Shown here: positions 1 to 12,890 of the stretch, piece by piece
How the letters are laid out: every line of letters begins with the position of its first letter
Numbering within the stretch: the stretch's first letter is position 1
NCBI GenBank assembly: GCA_047967505.1
Contig: CM106538.1
Direction: 5' to 3' (one strand)
DNA length: 64,000 bases
Origin: Dipteris shenzhenensis
Taxonomy: Eukaryota
The notes under the pieces: generated by a model
The model's input: only the letters and a program-made list of their open reading frames with translations
The model's database searches: none
Told to the model about the DNA's origin: nothing
Translations under genes and position numbers: made by a program

Positions 1-14
1 CAGAGACCGCTTAC

Positions 15-256
15 CCGAAGCCATTTGCACAACTTTGAGCTACCCTTGCCACTGACATATGGATACCCTTTCTCTGTGTTGATACCTCCGTTCTTTACAA
101 CCCATTTGAAGGCCGGGTCCATAAGGCCGCCATTGCAGCCGTAATTGCTGTGGACGCAGCTGACCAGCTCCTGCTCGGAAAGGCTCACAAGTTCACCAGT
201 GGCGACGGCATGGGCACCCTCGATCGCGCCCACCGTGGAGAAGGCCCAACAGCTTC
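15..256 (-). CDS. Papain-like cysteine protease, exon 2, containing the catalytic Cys; gene continues beyond window start
   Basis: TTTCTGCAG acceptor ends at 257. In-frame join reads [69 protein letters not shown]...WLR, followed by a GTAAGC donor at 14. Confidence 0.95.
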
Positions 257-415
257 CTGCAGAAAGCAGAAAACGAGGAGATTAGTGAGAAAATCGTCCA
301 CGGAATCACTTGATTCTTGGCAGAAAGCGTCGAAACTTGCCACCATCCGCCGATCTACTCCAGAAGTACCAAAAGATTAACTCGGAAGCAGGTATTGCAA
401 AGGAAAAATACATAC

Positions 416-860
416 CGCACTGCCCCTGGTCTTTAACAGGCGTCACCGCTCCCTTCTCTCTCCAGTCTACAGAGGAGGGCACGCCATTGATGTTGCAAAA
501 TGCCCCAAACTGTCGGATTCCGTTGCTGTGGATCTGAGGGCGGAAGCCAAGGTGCTTGGACTTGAACTCGTCGAGCGTGAGATCGGCAAAGCGGTTGAGG
601 CCGAGGCGATGGGAGTGGGAGCCGAGGTTGTGCTGGTGGATGTGGAAGAGGTTACGCTTGAAGATGTGGAAGCGGGAGAGCTTCTCGGAGGAGCCATCGG
701 GGAGGGAGTAATTCTTGGAGTGGGTGTGGATCCAGTGGTCGAAGAGGTGGAGGAGGAGGTCATCAGAGGAGAGGTCGTCTGGGTTGTAATCGATGTGACG
801 AGCAGAAGAGAGGGAGAGGGCGAGGAGGAAGCAGAAGAGGAGGGAGGGGAGGGAAGCCAT
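416..860 (-). CDS. Papain-like cysteine protease (peptidase C1A), exon 1: signal peptide, I29 inhibitor prodomain and start of mature domain
   Basis: ATG at 860. Hydrophobic signal peptide [26 protein letters not shown]-type motif [27 protein letters not shown] (GNFD motif) and [20 protein letters not shown]. The exon ends at a GTATG donor (415-411). Confidence 0.95.
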
Positions 861-3025
861 AGCCAGAGCTCGAGCTCACAAAAAAATGAACTGTATCACG
901 AAGAAGACGATGATCACGTGCTTGATTTGTCCTTTAATCTCTACTTTCGATCTTGACTTCATTAATTACCTTAACGTCTCCTTAATCCACTTTATTTACA
1001 GCTGTCTTACGTGCTTTTCTTAAGACCCCCGTAGTGCTTTTGCCCCACCTTTTTCTCACGAGGAAACATAAGAGGAGAGCTCACGCTCACAAAGACGAGG
1101 CTACAAGTCTTGAACTCTCCATACGAGTGACTTGAACATCCGACGCTTTCGAAACCGGTCTTGCCAGGCCATCTAGATTCTGCATATGAAATTTGTTCTT
1201 GTCTATGGCCTTTCTTAACTCTCTGACATATTCTTCAAGATTAATACCGACAAGACCCTCATTGGAGAGCAATGACTTCGCTATGATCACGTGGCTGATT
1301 TATCCTTTAAACTCTACTCAGGAGATTGACTTAGTTAACTTAACCTCTTAATCCTCTTTATATATATACAACTTTCTTGCCCTAGAGAAGTGCTTTTCTT
1401 AACCTAAGTAGGACTTTGAGGAGGGCTTTTGCCACACCCTTTCCTAAAGGAGGGTAGGTCTAATTGTAGACGCTGGTTCTCCAAAAGCGAAATTCAATTT
1501 CTTGAATTTCTCGTGTCGATCTCACATTTTGTGTGGCTCTCGTTGACACAATGTTGTGGGCTTGACACGTGGTGTGCATCACCTACATGGCACGATGGGT
1601 GTATTTTGTTGATTTCATCTTGGCATTGAATGCAAGTCTCAAACACGAACAAGACGTAGAAGGTGATAATCACGTGGTTGATTTATCCTTTAACCTCTAC
1701 TTAGGAGATTGACTTAGTTACCTTAGCCTCTTCCACTTGATATAAAGCTTTCTTACCATAGAGACGTGCTTTTCTTTAGACAAGAGTGCTTTTCTTAATC
1801 CAAGTAGTGCTTTTCTAACCTCGAGGATTTCGAGAGGCGATAATCACGTGGTTGATTTATCCTTTAACCTCTACTTAGGAGATTGACTTAGTTACCTTAG
1901 CCTCTTCCACTTGATATAGAGCTTTCTTACCCTAGAGACGTGCTTTTCTTTAGACAAGAGTGCTTTTCTTGACCCGAGTAGTGCTTTTCTAACCTCGAGA
2001 CTTCGTGGAGTGCTTTTGCCACACCTTTTTCTCAAGGGCAAGGAGGAAGCAAAAGCGGAGGGAGGGGACGAATGCCAAAGCTAGAGCCAGAGCTCAAAGG
2101 ATGAGGGGGGAGGGGAAGGACACCATAGCTAGAGCTCAAAGGATGAGGAGGAACTTAGATGAGGCTACAAGATGAGGAAGACAAAGAAGACGCTAAGATC
2201 ATGTGGTTGATTTATCCTTTAAACTCTACTTTAGGACATTGACTTTGTTAACCTAACCTCTTAATCCACTTATTACAGAGCTTTCTTACCCTAGAGAAGT
2301 TAGAGAGGAGTGATTTTCTTAATTAACCCAAACAACATAGAGGAGTGCTTTTCTTAACCCAGACAACTTGAGTAGTGCTTTTCTTAACCTCCAAGACTTC
2401 GAGGAATGCTTCTACCACACATTTTTCTCAAGGGTGAGGAGGAAGCAGAAGAGGAGGGAGGGGAAGGATGCCATAGCCAAAGCCCAAACGATAAGGAGGA
2501 AGAAAATAAGGAAGACCATGAGATCACATGGTTGATTTATCCTTTAATCTCTACTTAGAAGGTTGACTAGGTTAACCTAACCCTACTAAACATCTTCCTT
2601 AACCTAGAGAAGTAGAGGAGAGTTTTTCTTAACCTAGACTACTTAGAGGAGTGATTTTCTTTATATTCTTCTGAGCACTCCCTCCTCATAGCTATTAGCT
2701 TAGCACTGGGTAGTGCTATAGTGGAGGATTGAAACTCATTTTGTGAATTTCCACGTGTATCTTTTAAAAAATAATTAAGTTTGTGTTTCAAATTGCTACT
2801 TAAAAATCATCAACTTTCCTTTTTTTTGTGTCCAAAAGCGCTTATTTTACCATTGTACTAGGAGGCAGTGCCCATGTACACGTGTCCACTCTTGTTTTTT
2901 TAAACGCACCTTAGATCGGTGGGCACTACTCTAATGGTTGGTTCAAGAGTGATTTTCTTAACCTAGACTACTTAGAGGAGTGCTTCTCTTAACCTAGAGA
3001 ACTTCGAGGAGTGCTTTTGCCCACA
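823..3025 (-). repeat. Six-copy diverged tandem array of the protease proximal promoter/5' region, some copies including the first codons
   Basis: The module (g/a)atcacgtggttgatttatcctttaa.ctctact...ttgactt..tta.c.ta.cctct...gtgcttttctt...cttttgcc.cacc recurs at about 912, 1285, 1668, 1842, 2197 and 2522. Sequence resembling the signal-peptide coding region recurs at 2041-2095 and 2436-2480. Confidence 0.9.
915..920. promoter_or_regulatory. G-box (CACGTG) 55 nt upstream of the protease ATG; E-box retained in all array copies
   Basis: CACGTG at 915, 1288, 1671 and 1845; CATGTG at 2200; CACATG at 2525. Function is inferred only. Confidence 0.45.
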
Positions 3026-4769
3026 TACTAAGCTTTAATCGTGGCTATGCCCTTTCCCAAGCCATTTCCCAAGTGAAAAAACACATCCATCCCTCAACTC
3101 ACCTCTCACTATAGCTCGAAATTAGCTATTGGTCACTATCAATGGAGGAAAGGTGAGGTGGCTCTTGAAAGCAAGGGCTTGTTGTCATTATCACTACCCT
3201 CCTCTTGTCCTAGATTTTCGTAAAAGAACCTGCACTCATAATCTCAAAATTCGGCCTGTGTTTTTCGACACAATGATTCAACTTCCATCTTTTAATTTGT
3301 GTGAAGGTCAAGCTCCGAGTTGCTATTTTTCCCTTGTTCATTCACTCTACCCTTCATTTTGGACTTTCCCCCTTCATTCGTGTTAATTTCACCCCATGGC
3401 TTTTGTTTTACGTGAACCCCCATTGCCTTCCCCCCTCCCTTCATCATGCAGACTTCCCTCCATTGTTTTCATTTTTTCTCCCCTTCATTGTTTTCATTTT
3501 CTCTCCCTAGCATGGGCTATCCCAGTATTTATCAACTTGTTGCTTTGATACTACCACTTTACATAGAAGTTAAAGGAATGCTTTATCAAAGTGCTTAATC
3601 GGAGACCGGGAAGTTAGTCGAGATTGAGGTCAGAGGAGTACTTTATCGAAGACTTGGAAGTCCCTTAGCATGATTTTTAGATGTGCTTTTTGCTATTGGC
3701 ACCTCGTTCCAAAGCAATGCTATTATAATACCACTGCTTTTGGTGATTTCCCAACTACTTTTTACTTTTTGCATTAACATCAAACAAGTCCTTTAGGAAC
3801 AACTAATTCTTTTTCAAAAACTTGTCCTTTAGCAAAGGCTTAAAAGTACTTGGTTTAGAAATTGGTAAGGGACTATGGGCTTATGGTTGGACTTTTGGCC
3901 CACAATCTCCAAGACTTGAAGTAGGATCTTCATAAATATGAAACTAGACTTAATTAATGTTAAATTGTGGTTTCTGTATAATTAGGCTTTAACTAGCGTT
4001 AATATTAATTAGTGCTAAATTTTGGTTTATGGTATGATTAGGGTTAATATAATGTGCAAAGAGCCCTTAAATTGAATATTTTGAAGGCATTTATTCTTTG
4101 CACTAATCTCCCTCCTGGATCTTTCTATTTCATTATGCCACCTAGCTTTGATGGGACCTTCCTACTTGGCATTCACCTCTATCACAGCTTCTCCATTCGC
4201 CTCCTTCTTAATTTGATGTTGGCATTCACTTATGTCACAATTTCTCAAATCACCTCCTTCTCAATTTGATGTGGGCCTATAGATTTCCTCCTTTTTGCTG
4301 ATCCTCAACTCTCACTCCTCCTTGTGGCTTCTACCTTAGCTTGGCTTAGCAACATAATAACTTATCTCCTTCTTGACTTTTAACTAAGCACTAGTCTGGC
4401 TAAGCAATATAGGAAGGACAATATTTAGGGGATTAGAGAAGGTGAAAGCTTTTTAGCTATCCTCCTTTTCATGCCTCCATCTCTCTATACTTACTTGCAA
4501 GATAGATTGTGATTTAAGAGATTGATGTCAGTATGCTATTGCAAGGAAGGTATGTCTAAATAAAATGACATTATGTGTGTTGGTTTCTCTTCAATTATTT
4601 ATGGTTGAGGGCATATTTTTGTGGTTGTTTATGGTTGAGGGCATGTTGTTGTGTGTCTCTGATCAAGCTTTGGTCCTTCATTGAAGCATGTGATGGTCAT
4701 GAGTGTCCCTAACTTTGATGATGGTTACCGATGATGTAAATGCACCATACCATGAAGGCATAGGTTGAA

Positions 4770-5150
4770 CCCCAACCCTAACCCTAATCCTAAGGGGTTC
4801 TCATGTATATATTCATGTTCATGACGAATACAATGAAGTGTACAATGCATAGTGTATAGTTACCTATGTTGTGCACTCCATTCTCTCTCCCTAAACCTAA
4901 CCCTAACCTTAAGGGGTTTTCATGTATATATTCATGTTTATGATGAATGTACAATACATAGTGTATAGTTACCTATGTTGTGCACTCCACTCTCTCCCCC
5001 AGATCTACCAACATGGTATTAGCGCTTCTAAGAGTCAACCACTTGCTCTGTCAAGGCACAATCCCTTGCTTATCACGGCATAAGCCCTTGTTTCATCAAG
5101 TCACAAACCCTCCTTCTTGAGGCATCTTCATCTCTAACCAAGCTCTTGTA
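4770..5150 (+). mobile_element. 3' part of an LTR plus degenerate tRNA-iMet PBS of an LTR retroelement; non-coding internal sequence appears to extend to about 8.2 kb
   Basis: ...ctaccaaca|tggtattagcgc at 5005-5025 resembles the PBS TGGTATCAGAGC. The LTR end is tandemly duplicated (about 4774-4890 and 4893-5000). The same LTR and post-PBS caaggca(c/t)aagccct repeats recur at 62330-62640. Confidence 0.7.
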
Positions 5151-8100
5151 GAGATCCTTTCACTCTCCGTTTCAGTTCAAAAATCTTTCAATTCCATCAT
5201 GCGGAGCTTCTATCATTTTAGTTTGATGTGGCCCATTCTTTTTCACTATGAGTTATTGTGTTGCAAAACTTTGAATGCCATTGGGTGCTATAAGGTTCCT
5301 TGACTAAGATTTCTGTAAAGTCTATTCTATAAGTTGTTGTAAGATTTGTATCAATTCTGAGAGATTCTTTTTGAGACAGAGAACTCTCGATTCTTGCTAT
5401 CAATGTTTCTTTGAACAACAATAGTCAAGCAATCAACAAGCTCTCTACCCCAACTACCATGACAGACAACATCAACAATGCACCAATAAAGCAAGTGACA
5501 TACAAAAGCAAAAGATATAGTAACAATACTATAGCAGCAATGTGCATATAAGGTGGCCCACAAAACGACAACATCAACAACACTCAATGCTTGGGGCAAC
5601 CTCAACACGAAGGCTACAACATATGTGACATTCAAGCAACACACTCACTTTGATGGCACACAAATGCGACTCATGACAAAGACTACTATGGCAAAGCAGA
5701 GATGGGCAAACTAAAATGCACCAATAAATAGCACATAGTAATAGATGACTAGCAATGAAGCAAACAAGCAATTAGTAGCAAGGACATCTACAACCCAAAG
5801 ATAGACAACAAGTAGCACACAACATCAACAAAGAGACAAGGAACAAAGACAGAACCCTACATTGATAAAACATCTACACAAGCAGACAAACGGCCAACCA
5901 ACCTACAATGATGAGAGAACTCACATGGCAACTATGGCAAGACAAACATAGAGAATAGCAACACAAGAAGCAAGCAAGTAGCACCAGCAAGTGACTCAAA
6001 TGCAACACAATAGTAACATATACAACACTATGGGATGACCTACGTGACTAATTACAACAACAAGTACTTCTAGGACTCAACAACTTTCAATCATCTCCTT
6101 CTTCAGCCTCACCTTCATCTTGCTCTAGGCTACCACCATGAATCGCCATCACCAGAGATCTCCTAAAACCTTCACAACAGAGAAGGCCAAGCTAGTGATA
6201 AGGTTAGGGTTAGGACAAGGGTCAGGTTTTGGCCACCCTTGCCACATCAACACTTATCCACATGCCACATTAGAATGCCAACTCATTAGCACATTCACAT
6301 GTCACATGCCATGTCACCTTTGTTCCATCAGTAAGCCTACTTTGTAGCCATGTCATCATACCACCTCAGATGCCATATCATCAAGCCACATCAACATGTG
6401 CCACCTAAGCACACAATGCCACCAAGGCACACCTTTTGTAAGCATTATGTGAACACACATTGCCACCTCACCCACATGCCACCTCATCATTTTTACCAGT
6501 CATTAGACAAAGTTCAAATGGCCGTAACTTTTGAGTCTAAAGGAATTTTGCAATGGTATAAAAAGCAAAAATTATCAACAAATCATGCTCTACATTCTAA
6601 GCACTTTAGCTAGAATCATTCAATCCTCATCATCAAAACCACCTCTTGATTTTGGCACACAAAAGGAAACAAATAAAAAATCATTTTGCTTCATTTTGTG
6701 CATCAATATCCAATTTATGCCCATCAGTATCAGTCCATTCAATTTATCATCAGTGTACACACCCATACATCCCTTATACCCAATATTTTGGCAATTGGGA
6801 CTTCACATCTTGAAGAGATTTGTGACACTTGGTGGAGCTGTCTCCCTATTGAATTCAAGACTGGTGCACACATCTCGTACACAATGCTACCCATGTATAG
6901 TCACAATTGTGGACTATTTTTGGTTCCCACATGTATTTCAGCCTTGTATAGCCTCTTAGCTATTCCTAACACATAATTGTCAGAATTCAACCACAGGCTT
7001 ACTATTGGCACATAGTTCTTCCATCACATGACTTGCTTCACATATTGATAGGCTAAGCATAGGCCCCACAATGGCAATGCAAGCATAGTCCCATAGTGTT
7101 CTTATGGGTAGATACTCTTGACTTTACACAGGTAAGCCTCTAGCACAAAGCACCAAACCACCTCTAGCATGGAGCCATATGTCATCACATCACATAGTTG
7201 GTGATACATAAGCCATGACTCTAGATGAGATTTGTGAGTGGAAAGAGAACTTACTTGGACCTTTTATTGCCAAGCGTATTTATCAGTGTATGACACCGAC
7301 TTGGACCTCATTGATCTTGAGACAGATTTAACATATGGTATCTTGGATTAGGCTCCACATTTTGATCATGTACATTTGATGGTAAGCCCTCAACATGAGG
7401 CACTTTCATCAACATCAACACAAAGCAATTCTAGGATGTCCATCACATTTATGCATGGATCCGACTCCATCTATTACCGCATCAAATGATGTAGATACTT
7501 AACATGACTTCACTAATGATAATGCCATTTTTCAACCAAGTAAGTCCTCAGTACAAGGCTGTCACATCTCAGAGTAGCATAGGGAGACATGCCATTATGC
7601 ATCTAGCTCCTCATGTGATTTTATTCCAGCATCCATCATCGATGCTTCCACCGCCGCCACTAACATGGAGCATATCATGGTTATTGACACAGTATCTAGT
7701 AGTTTAGATCAGCAGATTAGCCTTCAAGGCATCTCAGCATCAACTCAGGCATGCCACATTGCACCATTCTTGGATCCAATTATCACCACCACCTTAGATC
7801 AATAGATCATTCCTTAACACGAGGACATTTGTGCATCAATGTAGTCCTACCCCAATGTAGTGGACATCATCAAGTTTTGCCATAGAGAAACCCAACATGC
7901 ACTTATGGATGTTTTATATAGTCCATACTTGATATAGATTAGTGGTTGGATCCAAGACTTTGGATCTATCTCAACAGTAGTATATGGCACCTCATATGCC
8001 TCGGGGACAATTCATGCTTTTTTAATGGTATTTCGGGCTTCTAGACCTCTATATTGTCAACTCCACCTTGAGCCTATGATAGATGGTACATCTTATGCCG

Positions 8101-8905
8101 ACAGATGTCCAGCCATGCATGTAGCAAACAACCTTCAACTCATTATAGTTGAACATATAGGTTTGACAAGTTGCTGACCTTGTCAAGAGAGCAGAGTATC
8201 ATATTTACCCCTTTGGCCATACCATTAATGTAGCTCTGGATCACTTTGTTCACACTGACTCTATGATCTCATATCCTATGATTAAAATTAAAGATAAAAA
8301 GAATTATCACAATCCCAGCAGGCCATTAATGGTTAGCCAATTACCCATTAATGGTTAGCCAATGCATGCATTCTAGTTTTGTGGACTAATCCTCGTCCTC
8401 TATGAGCATCCCTAGTATGCGCATGATCAAATGCAAACAATAAAATAGAAACTTTCTCTAGTTGCCAAAAGTCAACTCTTTGACCATAGTCAAAATGAAA
8501 TGTTCTCTTTATGTCTTGGATAAATACAATTTCGTGACATCTGCCTAATAGTTATTCCAGCTAAACCAAGGTAGATGTCGCTAAATGAGGATGAATGTCA
8601 TAACTTAAAAAAATGTAATACTGGGCTGCATTGCGCAAGGAAGCAAGCCTTGCGCTTGCCAAGGATATTTGAGAGCATGTGGGCATCATCCCGAGACTCC
8701 TCTTCAAGAAGGTGCCACCATGGGCGCTACAGTGGTGCCTTGTTCGCATACATTGGCTATGGTTCAAGTTTCCAAGTGCCTAATCCATACCATTCTACTC
8801 CCTAGCTCCATGAATCTCTAGCTAACTTGCACGTGGTAAAGCAACCTTGGGAGACATTCTGGAGCCTTTGCTGATTAGATTTGTCACAAGCAATGCACAT
8901 CGTTC

Positions 8906-8908
<3 letters not shown>

Positions 8909-8945
<37 letters not shown>

Positions 8946-8961
8946 CACACACACACACACA
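8909..8961. repeat. (GA)n/(CA)n compound microsatellite
   Basis: Direct reading. Confidence 0.95.
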
Positions 8962-9199
8962 GAGGAGCTAGCAGAGACAATTCAACGAGCGGGTAGAAAG
9001 GGTTTCAAGAGAGTGGGAAATGGCCCCGCACATCCTTTATTTTTTTTAGTATTTCTAACAAGAGCCTTTTTTAACGTGTCTAAGCAAAAGTGATCAAAAG
9101 AACAAATCATTGTACAACATATGCATAATAGGATAACAAAACATGTATAGACTTTCTTTAACCATACAAAATGTGCTATATATCATGTTAAGCGGGAGA

Positions 9200-10800
9200 G
9201 CCTGGCTGCTCCCGCCGCCCCCTCCTGCCATCTCCTCCTTCCTGTGCATCCCCTTCCACCTCCTCCGCCATCGCTCCCCCTCGCCGCCTCTTCCCTCGAC
9301 CTCCCCCACTATCTCTTCGCCCCCCCTCCCCGTCTCCCCTCGCCTACCCTCCCCGCCTCCCCCGCCTCGTCTCCCCGCGCTGCCCCCTCCGCTTTCCCCA
9401 CTCCCCCTCCTCCCCCCCTCCGCGTTGTTCCTCCCGTCTCCCCTGTTGTCCCTCCTCGCCTCCCCCCGCCGCCTCTACCACCTCCCCCTGTCGCCTTCTC
9501 CGCCTCCTTCCGCCCCTACCTCCTCCCCCCCCCCACCTTCTCCGCCGCCTCCTCTCCTCTGCCCCCCGTCGGCTTCCTTCTCCTGCCTCCTCTTCGCCGC
9601 TTGCCCTCGCCTTCTCGTCCCCCCCCCCTCCTCCACCTTCCGCCCTCCTTACCTCCCTCCTTCCTCTTCCGTCCTTACCCCCCCTCACTCTGCCTCGTCT
9701 CCACCTCCCTCGCGCGCCTCCTCCCCCTCCTCCACAAAGTAGGCACAGTCAGCAGACCCGAGTTCAGTGCCCTCTCAGGGAGGAGCAACAGGAGTCTCAG
9801 ACCCCATGGGTTACCCCCTCGGAAGGGAACTGGACACAGGTTAAAAAGAAAAAGAAAACAAGCAAGCAGGCCCGCAAACGCCACAGACAAAGGGCCAACC
9901 GCAAAGAGACAGGGTTGACTGAGCGGCCTCGAAAGAGGAACAACAGGAGTCTCCCCCAGAAGCAGGAGCCTCTGCCCATCTAGCCGATCCTCCAACTTCG
10001 GAAGTCCAGCCTCCGCACCCACCCTTGCAGCAGCAGAGAGCCCCAGGAGTTATAGATGCGACGATGGCGGAAGCCGCAGTCGACTAGCCCAATGAGGGCC
10101 GTGGAGGAGCCGATCCAGAGCCTCAATGAGCTTGATCAACAGGGGGGGCCTAAGGTCGCCCCTTTCCCTCCTCGTCCCTCTCCCCCTCCCCCCCCCCCCC
10201 CCCCCCCCCTCCTCTTCACTTCCCCCTCCCCCTCCAGAGTTCCCTCCACCCCCTCCCCCCCCCTTAGCCCCCCCTCCGATGGTCACTCTCACCACCCACC
10301 CCCCGCCCTCCGTCCCCCGCATCCCGACCTCTCCCTCTCCCACCGCTCCCCTCTCCACTTCAGTAGCATCTTCTTCCACTTTGACACCCCTGCCATGAGG
10401 CAAGGGAACGATGACGTCCCGTTCTACCTCCTCATTGCGACAACAGGTCCGCTCAAAGAGGGATCCTGAGAGACGAGGCTCGTCCTCCCGACCACTAGCT
10501 CCCAACCTCCAGCGTGGGCATCCCTTACCGCAGGACTTCTGGAGGTTAGGACCCTGGAACCATCTGGAGATTTTGGACTCATACCCTCTACCATTGGAGA
10601 TTACGCTCATGGTCCTTTAACTCGACAAGGGGGGTTTGATCAATGCAGTGGGATCTCAAACACACCCCGTTTGGAGATTTCCGTTTGCCTCCATAGAGTT
10701 CGAGAAGTGGTCCCCGGAGATGTTTGATGCTACTTTGGGTAACCAACTTATGCTCATGATGGACGAGTGGATGGGAGCTTCACGCGCGAGGAGCCGATGT
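9200..10800 (+). mobile_element. C-rich, Pro-coding low-complexity region, probably the decayed ORF1 region of the adjacent LINE
   Basis: Long C/T tracts give poly-Pro ORFs in several frames. The region lies immediately 5' of an L1-type RT on the same strand. No diagnostic motif is present. Confidence 0.4.
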
Positions 10801-10884
10801 GTGGTTTAGCGACGAGAGTTATCAGATTGCCGATGGAGGCAAAGGTGGACCAGGCACATGCCTTCTCCCTCAATCCTTGCGCAG

Positions 10885-12540
10885 GGTGTGGATCTGATTG
10901 ATCCCAAAAGGGGAAGATAGGTTAGATATCCGACAGTGGAGGTCGATCACTTTGCTTGATACTGCATACAAGATCCTCGCCAAGGTCTTGAGTTTGCGAT
11001 TACTGCCTCATCTTACTGACATCATCCATGACACACAGACTGGGTTTGTCCAAGAGCGCAGCATCTTGGACAACATCTTCACGTTCTGGGAGGCAATGGA
11101 TTGGTCCAGGAAGGAGTCACAGCCACTGGCCATCCTTCTCTTCGACTTCGAGAAGGCCTATGACAGCGTGGAGTGGTCTTTCCTCGAGGGCACTATGAGG
11201 AGATTGGGTTTCTTAGACCGATGGGTCAGAGGAGTTTCAACGCTATACGCAGGGAGCTCTAGTCAGATGATTATCACAGGACCCACAGGCGAGGCCTTTC
11301 CTCTCGCCCGGTCCGCCAGGGTTGTCCACTAGCTCCCTTCCTCTTCTTGTTTGCAACGGAGGCTCCTGGCACTACTTGGAATCACAGGTGGCGGGTCTCA
11401 CAGGGTTGAGGCTCCCAATTAGACAGGAGGACGAGCTCCTTGACTCGGAGTTTGCAGATGACACGGTTTGTATGTTGAGGGCACCACAGCGAGTCTAGAG
11501 AGAGTCAAAGGTGCCATGGTTATCTATTGTGAGGCCTCAGGGGCACGGATCAACTGGTCGAAATCCATAGGCTTCTTCACGAGCTTTGAGGAGACACACA
11601 AGATCCGTGAGTGAGGGAGTGACTTTAGTTTCAGATGGATACTGCGGGGCCAGACGAGATACCTCGGATGCCAGGTGGGTATTGACATCACAACAGAGCA
11701 ACAGATTGCCCCGGTCCTTGAGTGTGTTCGACGCATGCTTCTCTATTGGAGCTCGACCAAACTCTCCCTCGCAAGTCACGCCTTAGTGGCAAACCAGGTC
11801 CTTGCCACTGCCTGGTATATTGCCTCCTGTTGGTGCTTTCATAGAGGATGCATTGGGCAACTCCGACGATAAGAAACTTCCTTTGGGCAGGTTCAGATGA
11901 CACGAGGAACACTAGGGCCCGTGTAGCTTGGCAGACGATGATCTTGCCGCAGGCACTAGGAGGCTTAGGTATCATTGATCCAGAGATGCAGAGTAGGGCC
12001 CTTCTGGGCAAGTTGGTGGTTCGTGGCCTCACCCCAGGTGCTAAGCCTTGGAAGCTCCTTTTACAAAGAGGGCTTCTGAGGAACACCCCATGCACTAGGG
12101 GACAGTGGCAGCCTTCACATAGATGGATCTTCTCAGAGGCCCCCCTTACGGGGAAGGGCTCCCCCCTAATGAGGAGCCTCCACAGGGTTTGGCAGAGACT
12201 AGCAGGGAGCCTCATCCGTGCTCCGCCCAGATGCAGAGAGGAGTTTGAGCGCCAGCCCCTTATGTGGCACCCAGAGGTCAGAGATCAGGAGGGACATATG
12301 CTTGGGCAGCAAACTCACATTGGTTGGGCACAATGGGACAGTGGTCCAGCAGGGTCTTTTGGTCACTGGAGCAAACTACCTACGGAGGCAGAGGCGAGGC
12401 TTGACGCCCTAACGCATCTGAAAGGGGCAAGGTAGTGGATGGTCGAGATCGACTTAGTCATTCCTGATTCCTGGTGGAAGGACTTCACATTTGGAAAGAC
12501 AGCAGATGGATGGGGCAGTTTTCCCGTACTGATGTTCCTT
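10885..12540 (+). mobile_element. L1-clade LINE ORF2 (reverse transcriptase) pseudogene, frameshifted and lacking the endonuclease
   Basis: IPKGEDR..WRSITLLDTAYKILAKVL..QTGFVQERSILDNI..DFEKAYDSVEW; LDSEFADDT (11439-11465); RYLG; IRNFLW..VAWQTMILPQALGGLGI. Confidence 0.93.
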
Positions 12541-12890
12541 TGAGGATTTTGATGCAACGCAACAACAAAATGTCAAACAAATTGTGAACAAAGATCGAGA
12601 AGCTCGAGAGGCAAAGGCCAAGTTCAAACCCTACACTAAGAATAAAATGAAGGCTCATATTCAGATAAAAGCATCCAATACACTGATTGCAAAAGATGTG
12701 ATAGTCGTGTTATCTATCTGTTGTACCCTATCTTGTACTTTGACACATGCATATAATCAATTCAATAGAATATTCATTTTATGAGTACTTTTCATTGGGA
12801 TAAAGAGGTTATTTTAATGACATGACTCACACATCTGTTTTACATGTTTTTCCGACCTAGAAAAATACTGTAAAAGTACCAACTTACTAA

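Noticed and set aside
306-415. C-terminal extension of the 184-aa protease ORF
   Set aside because: It is read-through into intron 1. Splicing at 415/257 restores QCGSCWAFS.
5420-6100. Hydrophobic minus-strand ORFs as membrane proteins
   Set aside because: They arise from CAA/ACA-rich low-complexity sequence inside an LTR-element interior.
9143-9918. Pro-rich ORFs resembling extensin or formin
   Set aside because: All frames are open because of C-rich low complexity. There is no signal peptide or SPPPP-Y periodicity, and the region abuts LINE RT.
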